From Candidatus Dormiibacterota bacterium (GTDB lineage Bacteria; Chloroflexota; Dormibacteria; Aeolococcales; Aeolococcaceae), in assembly GCA_963718525.1 (NCBI GenBank), contig OY970355.1, positions 800,001 to 864,000 on the forward strand: a stretch of 64,000 nt of DNA, in the 5' to 3' direction. Of the stretch, positions 1 to 13,679 are shown in pieces (positions within the stretch are counted from its first letter, which is position 1; every line of letters begins with the position of its first letter). The position numbers and the translations under genes are program-made. The notes beneath the pieces are model-generated. The model made no database searches and was not told where the DNA came from. It was given only the letters and a program-made list of their open reading frames with translations.

Positions 1-2
1 AG

Positions 3-521
3 CGCATCGCGGCGCGTGGCACGGACGCGAAGATCGTCCTCAGCCACTGGGAGGACTACACGCCCGAGGAACAGGTCGACGCGATCTACACCGACGAGGT
101 GATCGTCCACTTCTTCAACCTCTCGGGCTTCTTCACCAAGTGCCATGACTGGCTCAAACCGGGCGGCGTGATGATCAACAAGGAGCTTCATCTCAAGCAC
201 CCACGCCACGCCAAGCTCGAGCGTGGCGGCGAGTTCGTGAGCCAGATCTATGGGGACACCGGCAACTACCGAACCCTCGCGGAGGAGACCCGCCTCGCCA
301 ATGACGCGGGATTCGACATCGAGCGGGTGCATCACATCGAGCGGCGGCACTACGAGGTGACCATCGACCACTGGCTGGCCAATATGCACAAGCACGCCGA
401 CCGGCTCAGGGAGATGGTCGGCGACCAGCACTACCGTGATTTCAGGGTCTACCTGCGGCTTGCCCGCCACATCCAACGCAACGTGACCCTGGATGTGGTG
501 GTCTGCCGCAGGTTCGATTGA
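3..521 (+). CDS. SAM-dependent methyltransferase, cyclopropane-fatty-acyl-phospholipid synthase family (5' end outside window)
   Basis: Frame is open from base 3 (RIAARGTDAKIVLSHWEDY..VDAI..). It has WLKPGG and a CFA-type C-terminus (HYEVTIDHWLAN..YRDFRVYL). Confidence 0.7.
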   Translation, partial: RIAARGTDAKIVLSHWEDYTPEEQVDAIYTDEVIVHFFNLSGFFTKCHDWLKPGGVMINKELHLKHPRHAKLERGGEFVSQIYGDTGNYRTLAEETRLANDAGFDIERVHHIERRHYEVTIDHWLANMHKHADRLREMVGDQHYRDFRVYLRLARHIQRNVTLDVVVCRRFD

Positions 522-529
522 GCGGCTCG

Positions 530-1264
530 TCAGGTTGGGGTCGAGAGCTGCGCGAGATATGACGTGAGGTGGGTGTAGGCGCCGGTCGCGAGCAGGATGC
601 CCAGCGCCACCGTGATCACACCGCCGGCCAGGGTCAGGGGCCGCACGAGCCGGTTGAGACGGCGGGGAAGCTCGGGGAGCGACGCGCAGAGCAGCGCAAC
701 CGCGATGAACGGCAGGCCCAGCCCGAGCGAATACACCACGAGGAGCACCGCACCGGTGACTGCGTGCGAGCTGAGCGCCGCGAGGGTGAGTGCCGCGGCG
801 AGGTATGGCCCGACGCACGGCGTCCAGCCGAGACCGAAGACGACGCCGACCAGGAAGGCTCCGAGCACACCGCGCCGGCGCAGCCGTTCCGGCAGCTGGA
901 AACCCTGGGTCCGCTCGAGCAGGCCGATCCTGACCACGCCGATGATGGCGAGGCCGAAGAGGATGACCGCGACACCGCCGACGATCTCGACGACGCGCCC
1001 GCTCACCGCGCCGTTGGCGACACGTGCGATACCGCCGGCGGTGAGCCCGAGGAGAACGAAGACGACCGTGAACCCGGCTACGTAGAGCAGCGATCCCGCC
1101 AGGAGGCGGAGCCGGAAGCTGTGCCGGTCAGGGTTGCTCAGCTCGGCTGCGCTGACCCCCGACACGCACGCGAGGTAGGCGGGCAGCAGCGGAACCGTGC
1201 ACGGCGCGAGGAAAGAACCAAGCCCCGCGACGAAGGTCGCGAGCAGCGTCGCAATCGAGAGCAT
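530..1264 (-). CDS. ccdA: Cytochrome c biogenesis / disulfide transporter CcdA
   Basis: SFLAPCTVPLLPAYL and GWTPCVGP motifs; about 6 hydrophobic helices. Confidence 0.9.
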   Translation of the reverse strand: MLSIATLLATFVAGLGSFLAPCTVPLLPAYLACVSGVSAAELSNPDRHSFRLRLLAGSLLYVAGFTVVFVLLGLTAGGIARVANGAVSGRVVEIVGGVAVILFGLAIIGVVRIGLLERTQGFQLPERLRRRGVLGAFLVGVVFGLGWTPCVGPYLAAALTLAALSSHAVTGAVLLVVYSLGLGLPFIAVALLCASLPELPRRLNRLVRPLTLAGGVITVALGILLATGAYTHLTSYLAQLSTPT

Positions 1265-2308
1265 CAGCCGAACGTGAAGGTGTAGATGCGGAAGCCCGCC
1301 GGCACGGTGAGATCGATCAGATGGTAGCCCGGCGAGATTCCTGCCAGCAGCTGGAACAGGTCCTGCCGCGTCACCGTGAAGCCCGAGTCGGTGAGCGCCG
1401 CGCCACCGCTCCCGGCGCCGACCGCCTTTCCGTCAAGTTTGACTGAAACAGGCAGGGCTGTGCCGGCCGTGCCGGCCACGATGTACACGGTGTCAGCCGT
1501 GAAGTTGAGCCGGACGTGTCCGCTCGTGTCGGCCTGCAGATACTGCCCGTCGTCCGTCCATGTGCCGGTCACCTGGATCGCATTCTGGGCCTGGGGCGCG
1601 CCAGGATCCGGGTACCTCTGTGGCGAGCCCAGGGCGCCATAGGCCTCGTTGTCGGCAAGCTGCCCGCGCTCGCTGCCCGCATAGAGCTCGGGCGTGGTGT
1701 TGCTGGGAACCGGTGTCGACGAGGGCAGTGGCGCCGTATGCACGTTGAGCAGCGCGGCCACTGCCGCATCGGTCTGCGTGTAGTCACCCTCCCCGAAGCT
1801 GTTGTAGGCGATCCGGCCCTGCTGGTCAAGGAGGTACTCCGCCGGCCAGTACTGGTTCTGGTACGCGTTCCATGTGGCCATCGCGCTGTCAATGGCCACC
1901 GGCCACGTGACCCCCAAGCGCGTGACGGCCGCTGCGACGTTGGCGGGAACCTTCTCGAAGTCGAACTCCGGGGAGTGGACGCCGACGATCACAAAGCCGT
2001 CGGACTTGTACGCGTCGTAGAGGACTTTGAGGTGGGGGAGGGTGCGCACGCAGTTGACGCACGAGAACGTCCAGAAATCGATGAGCACGACCTTGCCGCG
2101 CAGGTCCTGAAGGGTCAGCGGTGAGCTGTTGAGCCAACCGTCGATGCCGGTGAAGTCGGGGGCCGGCTGGCGCTGACTTCACGGGCAGCACCTGGCCGCC
2201 GGTGCTCGACGCGGTGGCCGCCGGGGGCGGGCTGCTGGCCACGGTGAAGAGCACCGCGCCGACGATCAGCACGGCGACGGTTGCGAGGGCCAGCCGGTAT
2301 CGGGTCAC
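1264..2308 (-). CDS. dipZ: DipZ-like membrane-anchored thioredoxin (apparent +1 frameshift near 2165-2180)
   Basis: Signal anchor MTRYRLALATVAVLIVG is in one frame. PDFTGIDGWLNS..GKVVLIDFWTFSCVNC, GVHSPEF, YWPAEYLLD and the C-terminal YTFTFG are in the next frame. The stop overlaps the ccdA start. Confidence 0.8.
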
Positions 2309-2400
2309 GTCGCTTCACCGGCACTGTACGGGCTCTGCGTTGAGGAACCATTACGAAGCCGGTTCCCGTCTGCTAGCTTGTGCGCGACCTTCGGTCGCAG

Positions 2401-4416
2401 ATGAATCCGATGAGCAACCACGCCCCCGACCGGCTGCTCGGCGATCGGAGGCGAGTGGTCGTCGAGCACGTGCGACCAACCGTCGACGGCGGCGAGTTTC
2501 CTGCCAAGGCCACGCGCGGACTTCCGTTGCGAGTGACCGCGCGCGCGTTTGCCGACGGCCATGACCCCTTGCTCGCGTGGGTGTGGCACTGGCCCGGCGC
2601 ACGCCCGCTCGCACCCGACGCCCCGCCTCCCGGCATGGTCGAGGTGCCCATGGAGGCGGAGCCACAGGATATGTTCGGCGCCTGGATCAAGACCCGCCGG
2701 CTGGGCGCGTGGAGCTTCGCGGTGGTCGGCATCCGCGACGTCTGGGGAGGGTGGGCTCGCGACCTGACGATCCGCTTCGAGGCGGGCGTCGACGTCGAGC
2801 TCGACCTGGCCGACGGGGCCGCGCTGGCCGCCGCCCGGGCGGAACTCCCCGTCGTCTCCAAATCCGACCGCCGCGCGCTGACCACGCTCAGCGCCAAGCT
2901 GGCCGCGCCGGCCCCCGCCGAGACGAGAGTGCAACTGGCGACGCGCGAGGCAACCATGGGGCTCATGCGCCGGACCGCCGATCTCAGCCACGCCACGATC
3001 TCGGGTCCCTACGCCCTGTGGGTCGACCGCGAGATCGCCGGCTACTCCGCCTGGTACGAGATGTTCCCGCGGTCGGAGGGGGCGGTACCCCCCCGAAGTG
3101 GCACCTTCAAGCTCGCTCAGAAGCGTCTCCCGGCGATCGCGGCCATGGGGTTTTCGGTGCTCTACCTGCCCCCGATCCACCCGATCGGGATCACTCATCG
3201 CAAGGGTCCGAACAACTCGACCGAGTGCTCGGCGGGCGACCCGGGGAGCCCATGGGCGATCGGATCGGCGCTCGGCGGCCATACCGCCGTGGACCCGGCG
3301 CTTGGCACCATCGACGACTTCGATGCGTTCGTCGCTGCCGCCCAGGCCGCGGGCCTCGAGATTGCCCTCGATTACGCGCTGCAGTGCAGCCCGGATCATC
3401 CTTGGGTCACCGAGCATCCCGAGTGGTTCCGGCACCGGTCGGACGGATCGATCCGCTACGCGGAGAATCCGCCGAAGCAGTACCAGGACATCTATCCGCT
3501 GGATTTCGACAGCGAGGACGCCACAGGGCTCTGGCTCGCACTCCGCGACGTGATGCGGTTCTGGATCGGCCACGGCGTGCGCATCTTCCGCGTCGACAAT
3601 CCGCACACGAAGGCATTCCCCTTCTGGGAGTGGCTGATCGCGGAGATCCACCGCGAGTGCCCGGACGTGATCATGCTCGCCGAGGCGTTTGTCCGCCCAT
3701 CCGTCATGCAACGGCTGGCCAAGATCGGTTTCTCCCAGTCGTACACGTACTTCACCTGGCGCAACACCGTCTGGGAGCTCGGCCAGTATCTGACAGAGTT
3801 GTCCCAGACTGAGGTGGTCGACTGGTTCCGGCCGAATTTCTGGGTGAACACGCCCGACATACTGCACGCGACCCTGCAGCACGGCGGACCCAATGCCTTC
3901 AGAATGCGCGCGGTCCTGGCCGCGATCACGTGCCCGTCGTGGGGGATGTACAGCGGCTACGAGCTGTGCGAGAGCACCGCGGTGCGCGAGGGAAGCGAGG
4001 AGTACCTCGATTCAGAGAAGTACCAGCTCCGGCCTCGCGACTGGACGCAGCCCGGTTCGATCGCACCGTTCATCGCACGGCTGAACGAGATCCGTGACGG
4101 CCACCGTGACGCCATCGCGCAGTTGAGCACCCTGCGCCTGCACCATATGACCGACGATTGGATGCTCTGTGTGTCACGGTCGACACCCGAGAAGGACGAC
4201 GTGGTCGTCCTGATCGTCAACCTGGATCCCCTGCATCCCCGGGAGGCAAGTACCTGGCTCGACCTCGGTGCGCTCGGCGTCGCCGCGGACCGGCCGTTCG
4301 ATGTTCATGATGAGCTCGGAGGTGAGACCTACACGTGGCACGGCGCGGCGAACTACGTACAACTCGACCCAGCGTGGCAGCCGGCGCACATCCTGCACGT
4401 GCGTCCACAGCAATGA
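2401..4416 (+). CDS. glgE: Alpha-1,4-glucan:maltose-1-phosphate maltosyltransferase GlgE
   Basis: [57 protein letters not shown] motifs. Confidence 0.95.
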   Translation: MNPMSNHAPDRLLGDRRRVVVEHVRPTVDGGEFPAKATRGLPLRVTARAFADGHDPLLAWVWHWPGARPLAPDAPPPGMVEVPMEAEPQDMFGAWIKTRRLGAWSFAVVGIRDVWGGWARDLTIRFEAGVDVELDLADGAALAAARAELPVVSKSDRRALTTLSAKLAAPAPAETRVQLATREATMGLMRRTADLSHATISGPYALWVDREIAGYSAWYEMFPRSEGAVPPRSGTFKLAQKRLPAIAAMGFSVLYLPPIHPIGITHRKGPNNSTECSAGDPGSPWAIGSALGGHTAVDPALGTIDDFDAFVAAAQAAGLEIALDYALQCSPDHPWVTEHPEWFRHRSDGSIRYAENPPKQYQDIYPLDFDSEDATGLWLALRDVMRFWIGHGVRIFRVDNPHTKAFPFWEWLIAEIHRECPDVIMLAEAFVRPSVMQRLAKIGFSQSYTYFTWRNTVWELGQYLTELSQTEVVDWFRPNFWVNTPDILHATLQHGGPNAFRMRAVLAAITCPSWGMYSGYELCESTAVREGSEEYLDSEKYQLRPRDWTQPGSIAPFIARLNEIRDGHRDAIAQLSTLRLHHMTDDWMLCVSRSTPEKDDVVVLIVNLDPLHPREASTWLDLGALGVAADRPFDVHDELGGETYTWHGAANYVQLDPAWQPAHILHVRPQQ

Positions 4417-6077
4417 CGTCCGGCGTTGATCTCGCCGACGATCCCCTGTGGTTCCAGAAGGCGGTGTTCTACGAGCTCTCGGTACGCGCCTTCCACGACG
4501 GGAACAACGACGGCATCGGCGACTTCGCGGGTCTGATCGGCAAGCTCGAATACCTCGAGTGGCTTGGTGTCGACTGCTTCTGGCTGCTCCCATTCCAGCA
4601 GAGCCCGCTGCGTGACGGCGGGTACGACATCTCGGATTACCGCGTGGTGCTGGCAGATTATGGAAACGTCGAGGATGTCAAGCGGCTCGTCGACGAGGCC
4701 CACCGCCGCGGCATCCGCGTGATCATGGACCTCGTCATCAACCACACCAGTGATCAGCATCCCTGGTTCAAGAGCGCGCGCTCGTCCCCGGACAGCGAGT
4801 ACCGCGACTGGTACATGTGGTCGCCCACCAAGAACAAGTTCACCGAAGCTCGGATCATCTTCGTCGACACGGAGACGTCGAACTGGACGTGGGATGACGA
4901 GGCCGGCGCGTACTACTTCCACCGCTTCTTCAGCCACCAGCCGGATCTCAACTACGACAACCCGCGAGTGCGTGCTGAGATCATCGATGTCTGCCGCTTC
5001 TGGCTCGACATCGGCGTGGACGGGTTCAGGCTCGACGCTGTTCCGTACCTCTTCAAGCGCGAGGGAACCAACTGCGAGAACCTGCCGGAGACGCACACCT
5101 TCCTGGCCGAGCTGCGCGCGACCATCGATGCCGAATATTCGGGAAAGGTGCTCCTCGCCGAGGCGAACCAATGGCCGGAGGATGTGGTCGACTATTTCGG
5201 CACGCCGGAGCTGCCGGAATGCCACATGTGCTTCAACTTCCCGCTGATGCCGCGGATGTTCATGGGGCTGCGTCGCGAGCAGCGATATCCGATCACCGAG
5301 ATCCTCGATCGCACCCCGGCGCTCCCGCCCAACAGCCAGTGGGGCATCTTCCTGCGCAACCACGACGAGCTGACCCTCGAGATGGTGACCGACGAGGAGC
5401 GCGATTACATGTGGGGCGAGTACGCGAAGGACCCGCGCGCCAAGCTCAACCTGGGGATCCGGCGCAGGCTCGCGCCGCTGCTGAACAACGGACGCCGTCA
5501 GATGGAGCTGTTCCACGGGCTCATCCTGTCGCTGCCCGGCAGTCCGATCCTGTATTACGGAGACGAGATCGGCATGGGTGACAACGTGTACCTCGGCGAC
5601 CGGGACGGGGTTCGGACCCCGATGCAATGGACAGCCGACAGCAACGGCGGTTTCAGCCAGGCGGATTTCGCGCAGTTGTACCTGCCGCCGCTGATGGATC
5701 CGGTCTACGGGTACCAGGCGTGCAACGTCAGCGCGCAGCGCCGCAACGAGTCCTCGATGCTGCATTGGGTGCGCCGCTTCATCGCAGTCCGCAAGCGTTT
5801 CCCGGTGTTCGGCGAAGGCAGCTTCGAGGCGCTCGACGCCGCCAACCCGTCGGTATTCGCGTTTCTTCGCAGGCTGGATGGACTGACGGTGCTGTGCGTC
5901 AACAACCTCTCGCGATTCGCCCAACCGGTCGAGCTCGACCTGCGCCGGTATGACGGGACGACGCCCATCGAGATGCTCGGCAGGGTGCACTTTCCGCGCA
6001 TCGGAGAGCTGCCGTACCTGCTGACGATGGGTCCCCACGGCTTCTACTGGTTCACCCTGGAGCCCCCGACCGGATGA
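4413..6077 (+). CDS. treS: Trehalose synthase / maltose alpha-D-glucosyltransferase
   Basis: [45 protein letters not shown] overlap with glgE. Confidence 0.95.
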   Translation: MTSGVDLADDPLWFQKAVFYELSVRAFHDGNNDGIGDFAGLIGKLEYLEWLGVDCFWLLPFQQSPLRDGGYDISDYRVVLADYGNVEDVKRLVDEAHRRGIRVIMDLVINHTSDQHPWFKSARSSPDSEYRDWYMWSPTKNKFTEARIIFVDTETSNWTWDDEAGAYYFHRFFSHQPDLNYDNPRVRAEIIDVCRFWLDIGVDGFRLDAVPYLFKREGTNCENLPETHTFLAELRATIDAEYSGKVLLAEANQWPEDVVDYFGTPELPECHMCFNFPLMPRMFMGLRREQRYPITEILDRTPALPPNSQWGIFLRNHDELTLEMVTDEERDYMWGEYAKDPRAKLNLGIRRRLAPLLNNGRRQMELFHGLILSLPGSPILYYGDEIGMGDNVYLGDRDGVRTPMQWTADSNGGFSQADFAQLYLPPLMDPVYGYQACNVSAQRRNESSMLHWVRRFIAVRKRFPVFGEGSFEALDAANPSVFAFLRRLDGLTVLCVNNLSRFAQPVELDLRRYDGTTPIEMLGRVHFPRIGELPYLLTMGPHGFYWFTLEPPTG

Positions 6078-7600
6078 GCTCGCAGGACGGCGGCGTGACC
6101 GCCATGCTCCGCGAGCATCGCATCGACAATTGCGAGGGCGCGCTCGCCGACTACATCGCACGGCAGCGTTGGGCCGGTGCCCAAGGACGCACCATCGAGA
6201 CCACGGCAATTGTCGATGCGGCGATGATCAGCGCGAGCTCGCCAGTCCTGCTGCACACCCTGACCGCGGTCACGTTCACCGATGGCCGCACCACGCGGTA
6301 CGCGCTCCCCCTGGGCATCCGCACGGTTGGTGACCCCATCGTCGAACGTGCGCCTGAATTCATGATCCCGTGGGCGGAGGCGCCGACTCCGATCGTCCTC
6401 TACGACGCGGTCGGCAACTCGACGTACATCGAATGGCTGCTCGGCGCAATTCGCAACCAGCTCGTGCTGCACACGACCAGCGGGACATTGCGTTTCTCGT
6501 GCCCTGATCCTGAGGCGCTCGACACCGGCAACCTGTCGTCGGTACGCCTGCTGAGGGTGGAGCAGAGCAACACGTCGGTCGAGGTGGGCGACGCGATCTT
6601 CCTCAAACATCTGCGCCGAGTTGAGACGGGACCCTCGCAGGAACTCGAGATGGCGGACGCGCTTCAGGCTGCGGGATTCAAACACCTCGCGCCGGTGCTG
6701 GGTCGCGGCTTGTGGGAAGCGCGCGACGAGGCGCCGTCGCCGCTCGTGATCGTGCAGCCGTTTCTGCACAACAGCACAGAGGGATGGGCGCTTGCGCTCA
6801 CCTCGCTGCGCGACCTCTATGCCAACGCGGAGTCGGCAGGCCCCGGCGATCCCGCGCAGCGCCGCGCTCTCGTCGATGACCAGGATGCCGCGTTCCTCGC
6901 CGAGTCGATGCGCATCGGCAAGGTGATCGCTGAGATGCACATCGCCCTGGCGTCAGGGTCTCCCCGCAGCGACATGGCGCCTGCGCGGCTGACCGAGGAA
7001 TCGCTCGATGCGTGGGCGAAGAGCATGACCGCCGAGCTCGATCACCTCCTCGCTCGCGACGATCCGGCGCTCGACCCGCTCCGCGACGCCAGGGAGGCCG
7101 TGGTGACTCGCTTCGACCAGATCCGCGGCCTCTCGCCGGGCGGCCTGCTGACCCGGATCCACGGTGACCTGCACCTCGGCCAGCTGCTGCGGATCGACAT
7201 CGGCTGGGTGATCCTCGATTTCGAAGGCGAGCCCGACAGAACCCCCGAGGAGCGGCGCCGGCTCAGCTCGCCACTCCGGGATGTGGCGGCCATGCTTCGC
7301 TCGTTCGACTACGCGGCAGCCGCGGCAATCGTCGAGCGCACCCCGCTGGACAGCGCGGACGCGAAGCTGCTCCTCGGTTACGGTGAGGCGTGGGCCGATG
7401 CCAACCGCGATGCCTTCTGGAGCGCGTACCTCGAGACCATCGGCTCCCGGCCCATCCTGCCGGCCCCGGGACCGTCGCTCGTGCTCCGCCGCGCCTTCGA
7501 GGTCCAGAAGGCGATTTACGAGATCGGCTACGAGCTGGGTCACCGCCCGAGCTGGGTTCAGATCCCGCTGCGGTTCCTGCTCCGCGGTACCAACCAGTAA
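6074..7600 (+). CDS. mak: Maltokinase (Pep2/Mak)
   Basis: [36 protein letters not shown]; lies between treS and glgB. Confidence 0.9.
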   Translation: MSSQDGGVTAMLREHRIDNCEGALADYIARQRWAGAQGRTIETTAIVDAAMISASSPVLLHTLTAVTFTDGRTTRYALPLGIRTVGDPIVERAPEFMIPWAEAPTPIVLYDAVGNSTYIEWLLGAIRNQLVLHTTSGTLRFSCPDPEALDTGNLSSVRLLRVEQSNTSVEVGDAIFLKHLRRVETGPSQELEMADALQAAGFKHLAPVLGRGLWEARDEAPSPLVIVQPFLHNSTEGWALALTSLRDLYANAESAGPGDPAQRRALVDDQDAAFLAESMRIGKVIAEMHIALASGSPRSDMAPARLTEESLDAWAKSMTAELDHLLARDDPALDPLRDAREAVVTRFDQIRGLSPGGLLTRIHGDLHLGQLLRIDIGWVILDFEGEPDRTPEERRRLSSPLRDVAAMLRSFDYAAAAAIVERTPLDSADAKLLLGYGEAWADANRDAFWSAYLETIGSRPILPAPGPSLVLRRAFEVQKAIYEIGYELGHRPSWVQIPLRFLLRGTNQ

Positions 7601-7610
7601 CCATCGACCT

Positions 7611-9815
<2,205 letters not shown>

Positions 9816-9958
9816 CCCGGGCCCAATCGTGAGAATGGGGTGGCATACCTGCGGGCCGAGAGTGGACGAGCAGCGATCGATCGAATTCGTGATCACATCG
9901 CGGGCGCGTCGCGCCCAGGCGAGACCGCTCTGAGCAGACACGAGGGTTGACCCACACC

Positions 9959-10336
9959 ATGAACACCGACGAGGCCCGCACCCGGCTGCTGACCGAGCGC
10001 GCCAGGATCGAGGAGCTGCGCAGCGCGGCGAACCGGCTGACCGCCGATGCGCAGGAGGCAACCGAACGCGAGCTGTCCTCGGCGGAACAGCACCCTGCGG
10101 AGCTCGCGAGCGAAACCATCGGGCTCGAGATCGACCACAGCGTTCTCCAGCACGCGGAGCTGGAACTTGCGGAGCTCGAGGCTGCGGTCATACGCGTCGA
10201 CAACGGCGCGTACGGCAAGTGCGAGGCGTGTGGCCAGCCGATCAGTGAAGCTCGCCTCGAAGCGATCCCGACTGCGCGGTTCTGCATCGAGGACCAGTCG
10301 AAACACGACAAGAACGGGCGGCGCAACGGGCGCTAG
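9959..10336 (+). CDS. TraR/DksA family zinc-finger transcription factor (YteA-like)
   Basis: Coiled coil with HPAELASE tip, then YGKCEACGQPISEARLEAIPTARFCIED. Confidence 0.85.
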   Translation: MNTDEARTRLLTERARIEELRSAANRLTADAQEATERELSSAEQHPAELASETIGLEIDHSVLQHAELELAELEAAVIRVDNGAYGKCEACGQPISEARLEAIPTARFCIEDQSKHDKNGRRNGR

Positions 10337-10367
10337 CCCCAAGCCGCGGCCGATGTCGCGCGCCGAG

Positions 10368-11897
10368 TCAGTGGCGGAAGTGACGCTCCCCCGTGAGCAC
10401 CACCGCCAAGCCCAGCGCGTCGGCCGCCTCGGTGACCTTCGAGTCGTTCTTGCTCCCGCCCGGATGGATCACGGCGCGCACCCCGGCGTTGCCCAGGGTC
10501 TCCAGCCCGTCCGGCATCGGGAAGAACGCGTCCGAGGCGGACACCGCACCGGCTGAGCGGTCGCCCGCACGCGCCACCGCCAGCTCTGACAACTCCACGC
10601 GCGACATCTGCCCCGCGCCTACGCCGACCGCCATGCCGTCGCGGACGATGACCACAGCGTTGGACTTGACGTGCCGGCAGACGCGCCAGGCGACGAGGAG
10701 ATTGCGCCACTCGGCGTCGTCGGGCTGGCGCCGGCTGGCGACGGTCATGGTCGAGCGGTCGGTGATCACGCGGTCGCGAGTTTGGACGAGCAGGCCCCCG
10801 TCGATGCTCCTGACGTCGATCGGCTCTGCGCCCGATGGCCGGTCGACGATCAGGACGCGGATCCGCGGTTTGGTGGCCAGGTGCGCCGCTGCATCATGGT
10901 CGACGGCTGGACAGACGACGGCTTCGAGGAATGTCTCGGTGAGCGCGGTCGCGGTGGCAAGGTCGATCGGGCGATTGACCCCGACGATGCCGCCGTAGGC
11001 GGATCGCGGATCGCATTTGTAGGCCCGGCGATAGGCGTCGACCGCGCCGTCGCCCGTGGCGAAGCCGCACGGGTTGGTGTGCTTGATCACGCACGCGGCG
11101 GGCTCGTCGAACTCGGCCACCAGGGCCAGCGCGGAGTCGACATCGAGCCAGTTGGTGAAGGACAGGGGCGCGCCCTGCAGCTGACGCGCGTGCGCCATGC
11201 CGCCGGGTCGGCCCGCGACGGCGTAGAGCGCGCCACGCTGGTGCGGGTTCTCGCCATAGCGGAGCTCGTGCAATCGCGGGCCGCCGACGGTGAGCTCCGC
11301 GGGCAGCGCCTCGCCCGCAATGGCACTGCGCAGCCAGGCGGCAACCTGGGTGTCGTATGCGGCGACGTGCGCGAATGCCTCAGCAGCCAGGCGGTGGCGG
11401 GTCGCCTCGGCGACCGAGCCGTGCTCGCGCAGCTCGCCGAGGACTGCGCCGTACTGCGCCGGCGACACCACGACGGTGACCGAGTCACGATTCTTGGCGG
11501 CGGCGCGAATCATCGTCGGGCCGCCGATGTCGATGTTCTCGACAATCGTGCCGTCATCCGCACCGCGGGCGAGCGTCTCGGCGAACGGGTAGAGGGAGAC
11601 GACCACGAGGTCAATCGGCTCGTAGCGGCTTTCCGCGAGCTGGCGCATGTGGTCGGGATCGTCGCGACGGGCGAGGATGCCCGCATGGATCGCCGGGTGG
11701 AGCGTTCGCACCCGCCCGTCGAGCATCTCCGGGAACCCGGTGACGTCGGCGACCGCCTGGACCTCGAGCCCCGCGTCGGCGAGGGCCCGGCTGGTGCTGC
11801 TGGTCGCGACCAGGTCGTAGCCGTGGTCGATCAGCCCACGAGCGAAGTCGACGAGGCCGGTCTTGTCGCTGACCGACAGCAGAGCGCGCTTGCTCAC
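10368..11897 (-). CDS. purH: Bifunctional AICAR transformylase / IMP cyclohydrolase
   Basis: RALLSVSDKTGL, ENIDIGGPTMIRAAAKN, LRYGENPHQ, KHTNPCG, KSNA, ASDAFFP, RHFRH. GTG start overlaps the purN stop. Confidence 0.95.
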   Translation of the reverse strand: MSKRALLSVSDKTGLVDFARGLIDHGYDLVATSSTSRALADAGLEVQAVADVTGFPEMLDGRVRTLHPAIHAGILARRDDPDHMRQLAESRYEPIDLVVVSLYPFAETLARGADDGTIVENIDIGGPTMIRAAAKNRDSVTVVVSPAQYGAVLGELREHGSVAEATRHRLAAEAFAHVAAYDTQVAAWLRSAIAGEALPAELTVGGPRLHELRYGENPHQRGALYAVAGRPGGMAHARQLQGAPLSFTNWLDVDSALALVAEFDEPAACVIKHTNPCGFATGDGAVDAYRRAYKCDPRSAYGGIVGVNRPIDLATATALTETFLEAVVCPAVDHDAAAHLATKPRIRVLIVDRPSGAEPIDVRSIDGGLLVQTRDRVITDRSTMTVASRRQPDDAEWRNLLVAWRVCRHVKSNAVVIVRDGMAVGVGAGQMSRVELSELAVARAGDRSAGAVSASDAFFPMPDGLETLGNAGVRAVIHPGGSKNDSKVTEAADALGLAVVLTGERHFRH

Positions 11898-12538
11898 ACC
11901 TGCGCCGCCGCCGGCGCCGGTAGCACCCGAACACGGTTGCCGTCCCGCCGCAGCCGATCCGTGCTCCAGAGCGCCACGGCGCGGGGTAGCAGCTCCCACT
12001 CACGTTCGTGGATCCGGCGACGCAACGCCTGGACGTCGTCGTCCATCTCCACAGGTACGGCGGCCTGGAGCACGATCGGTCCCCCGTCGGCCTCGCCACG
12101 TTCGAGCAACTGCACGGTGCACCCGGTCACGCGCACGCCGCGCTCGAGGGCCCGCTCGACGGCGTCCATGCCGCCCGCGAAGGCGGGAAGCAGCGAGGGA
12201 TGCACGTTGAGGATTGCGTCGGGATAGGTATCGATGAAGTCGTCACTCAGGATCCGGTCGTATCCGGCGCACACCACCAGGCGCACTCCGGCTGCCTGGA
12301 AGCGCTCGCGAATCTCGCGGTCCCTCGCGGCGGCGTCTCCACCGAACTCCGACTGGGGCAATGCGACTGCCGGAACGCCCCACCCGCGCGCGACGTCCAG
12401 GGCATGCGCGCTCCGACGGTTCGAGATCACCAGCGCCACTCGAGCGGGGAACTCGGGATCCCTGCAGGCCTGGAGCAGCGCGTCGAGGTTGGTCCCGGCT
12501 CCCGATACCAGCACCCCGACGGGGGTACGTTCGCTCAC
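11894..12538 (-). CDS. purN: Phosphoribosylglycinamide formyltransferase
   Basis: VLVSGAGTNL, LNVHPSLLPAF, TGCTV, DGGPIVLQ. Confidence 0.93.
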   Translation of the reverse strand: MSERTPVGVLVSGAGTNLDALLQACRDPEFPARVALVISNRRSAHALDVARGWGVPAVALPQSEFGGDAAARDREIRERFQAAGVRLVVCAGYDRILSDDFIDTYPDAILNVHPSLLPAFAGGMDAVERALERGVRVTGCTVQLLERGEADGGPIVLQAAVPVEMDDDVQALRRRIHEREWELLPRAVALWSTDRLRRDGNRVRVLPAPAAAQV

Positions 12539-13557
12539 CGGAGAATGACCCGCCGCGTGCCCGACTGCGGAACAACCTCTCCGATGCGCCACACCGGGAT
12601 CCCGGCAGCCGACGCTATCGACGGGAAGTCCGGGGGAACGATCACCACCATCCCCACGCCCATGTTGAAGGTGCGCCACATCTCCTCGAAATGGACGCTG
12701 CCGGCATTCTGAATGGCAGTGAAGATCGGCGGAATGTTCCACGTGGAACGCTCGATGGTCGCGGCGAGGCCGGTGGGGAGTACGCGCGGGACGTTGTCGA
12801 TCACCCCGCCGCCGGTGATGTGCGCCATGGCACGCACGTCGGTCAGCGCGCGCAGCTCGCGAATCGCCTGCAGGTAGCAGCGGTGTGGCTCGAGCAGCAG
12901 ATCGACCAGCGGCCCGTCCGTGCCCGGAAGGACATCGGTCCACTGCAGCTCGTGCTCGGCGACGATGTGGCGGACCAGAGAGTAGCCGTTGGTGTGCAGC
13001 CCGCTGCTCGGCAGCGCGAGGAGTACGTCGCCCGCTTGGACCCGGCTCCCGTCGATGATCGCCGACGCCTCGACGGAGCCGACGATGAAACCGGCGATGT
13101 CGTAGTCGCCCAGCGCGTAGACCCCCGGCATCTCGGCGGTCTCACCGCCGATGAGCGCGCAGCCGGCAGCCCGGCAGGCCTCGGCGATGCCCTCGATGAG
13201 CTCAGCGAGGTGCTCCGGGACCAGCTTGCCCGTGGCGTAGTAGTCGAGGAAGAAGAGCGGCTCCGCGCCGCAGCACAGGATGTCGTTGACGCAGTGGTTG
13301 ACCAGGTCGACACCGATGCCGCGGTGCCGCCCCGTGGCGATCGCGACCTTGACCTTGGTGCCCGCCGAGTCGGTGCTGGAGGCCAGGACGCGTCCGTGTG
13401 GTGTCCCCGGCTCCAGGGCGAACAGCCCGCTGAACGCCCCAATACCACCGAGCACCTGGGGGGTGTGCGTCGATGCGATGGTGCGCCGGATCAGGCTGAC
13501 GGCGCGGTTGCCCTCATCGATGTCGACGCCGGCGTCCGCGTAGCGAAGATCACCCAT
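12535..13557 (-). CDS. purM: AIR synthetase (FGAM cyclo-ligase)
   Basis: YADAGVDI, EPLFFLDY, LIGGETAEMPG, SSGLHTNGYSL, HITGGG, TFNMGVG. Confidence 0.95.
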   Translation of the reverse strand: MGDLRYADAGVDIDEGNRAVSLIRRTIASTHTPQVLGGIGAFSGLFALEPGTPHGRVLASSTDSAGTKVKVAIATGRHRGIGVDLVNHCVNDILCCGAEPLFFLDYYATGKLVPEHLAELIEGIAEACRAAGCALIGGETAEMPGVYALGDYDIAGFIVGSVEASAIIDGSRVQAGDVLLALPSSGLHTNGYSLVRHIVAEHELQWTDVLPGTDGPLVDLLLEPHRCYLQAIRELRALTDVRAMAHITGGGVIDNVPRVLPTGLAATIERSTWNIPPIFTAIQNAGSVHFEEMWRTFNMGVGMVVIVPPDFPSIASAAGIPVWRIGEVVPQSGTRRVILR

Positions 13558-13679
13558 CTGACACAGAGTGTATCGGCGGTCTCACATGGGACGCGGAATG
13601 GCGACGAACCCACGCGCTTCAGCGCTGCGGTGTCACCATGTATGCACACGGTCCAAGTCCAGGAATCAAAACCCACCTC

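Noticed and set aside
13558-13679. Possible ZTP/purine riboswitch upstream of purMNH, and likewise a cobalamin riboswitch before metH
   Set aside because: No recognisable consensus, and the -10 hexamers sit right at the start codons, leaving no leader.
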